A stretch of 64,000 nucleotides of DNA from Amphiscolops sp. MND2022 (Eukaryota). Every line of letters begins with the position of its first letter. Within the stretch, counting starts at the first letter, position 1. Positions 63,808 to 64,000 of this stretch are shown one piece after another. A model generated the notes under the pieces. It ran no database searches. It was not told the DNA's origin and worked only from the letters and a program-made list of their open reading frames with translations. The stretch covers positions 12,464,001 to 12,528,000 of the forward strand of contig OZ076409.1 of assembly GCA_964187785.1 (NCBI GenBank), read 5' to 3'. A program made the translations under genes and the position numbers.

Positions 63808-64000
63808 ACTACGAATTGGCTACGTTTCGAGATTGATTTTTCTTGAAAAACAACGAAACCGGCAACGCTCTGAAGTGTCTGAAGCCCTCAGGGTTGATTG
63901 ACTGACTAATTTGTGGACTTTGCAGCGGAAGGGTCAATATATGATGCGCCGAATTATCAAGAACTGCGGCTCTTGCCGAATTTAAATGTTGTAGGTGCTC

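Overview
AT-rich, repeat-dense eukaryotic (invertebrate-like metazoan) genomic DNA with spliceosomal introns. There are seven host genes, all on the minus strand: SPCS2 (first coding exon only), a 6-exon membrane-progestin-receptor-type PAQR, a 2-exon degenerate DEAD-box-like protein, TVP23, PEX12, an SRA1-N-terminus-like low-complexity ORF, and a 9-exon Smaug/SAMD4. Introns and intergenic DNA are filled with non-autonomous transposons: Helentron/HINE-like elements, hAT-, Tc1- and Merlin/MULE-like MITEs, tRNA-derived fragments and a ~180-bp satellite. The right end holds a full-length but decayed BEL/Pao LTR retrotransposon (52094-59447, TSD GTCTT) and a decayed CRE-like RLE non-LTR element. 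The most unusual signals are four. (1) An intact extra SGNH-hydrolase-like ORF lies between the PBS and gag of the BEL element. (2) A family of foldback MITEs has a conserved GCGAAGC-rich core ending in GGGCACTAG, carried by five completely different sets of inverted arms. (3) There is a stand-alone pseudo-DEAD-box protein. (4) PEX12 has a complete C3HC4 RING. All calls are by eye from sequence and recalled family motifs; no database searches were run.
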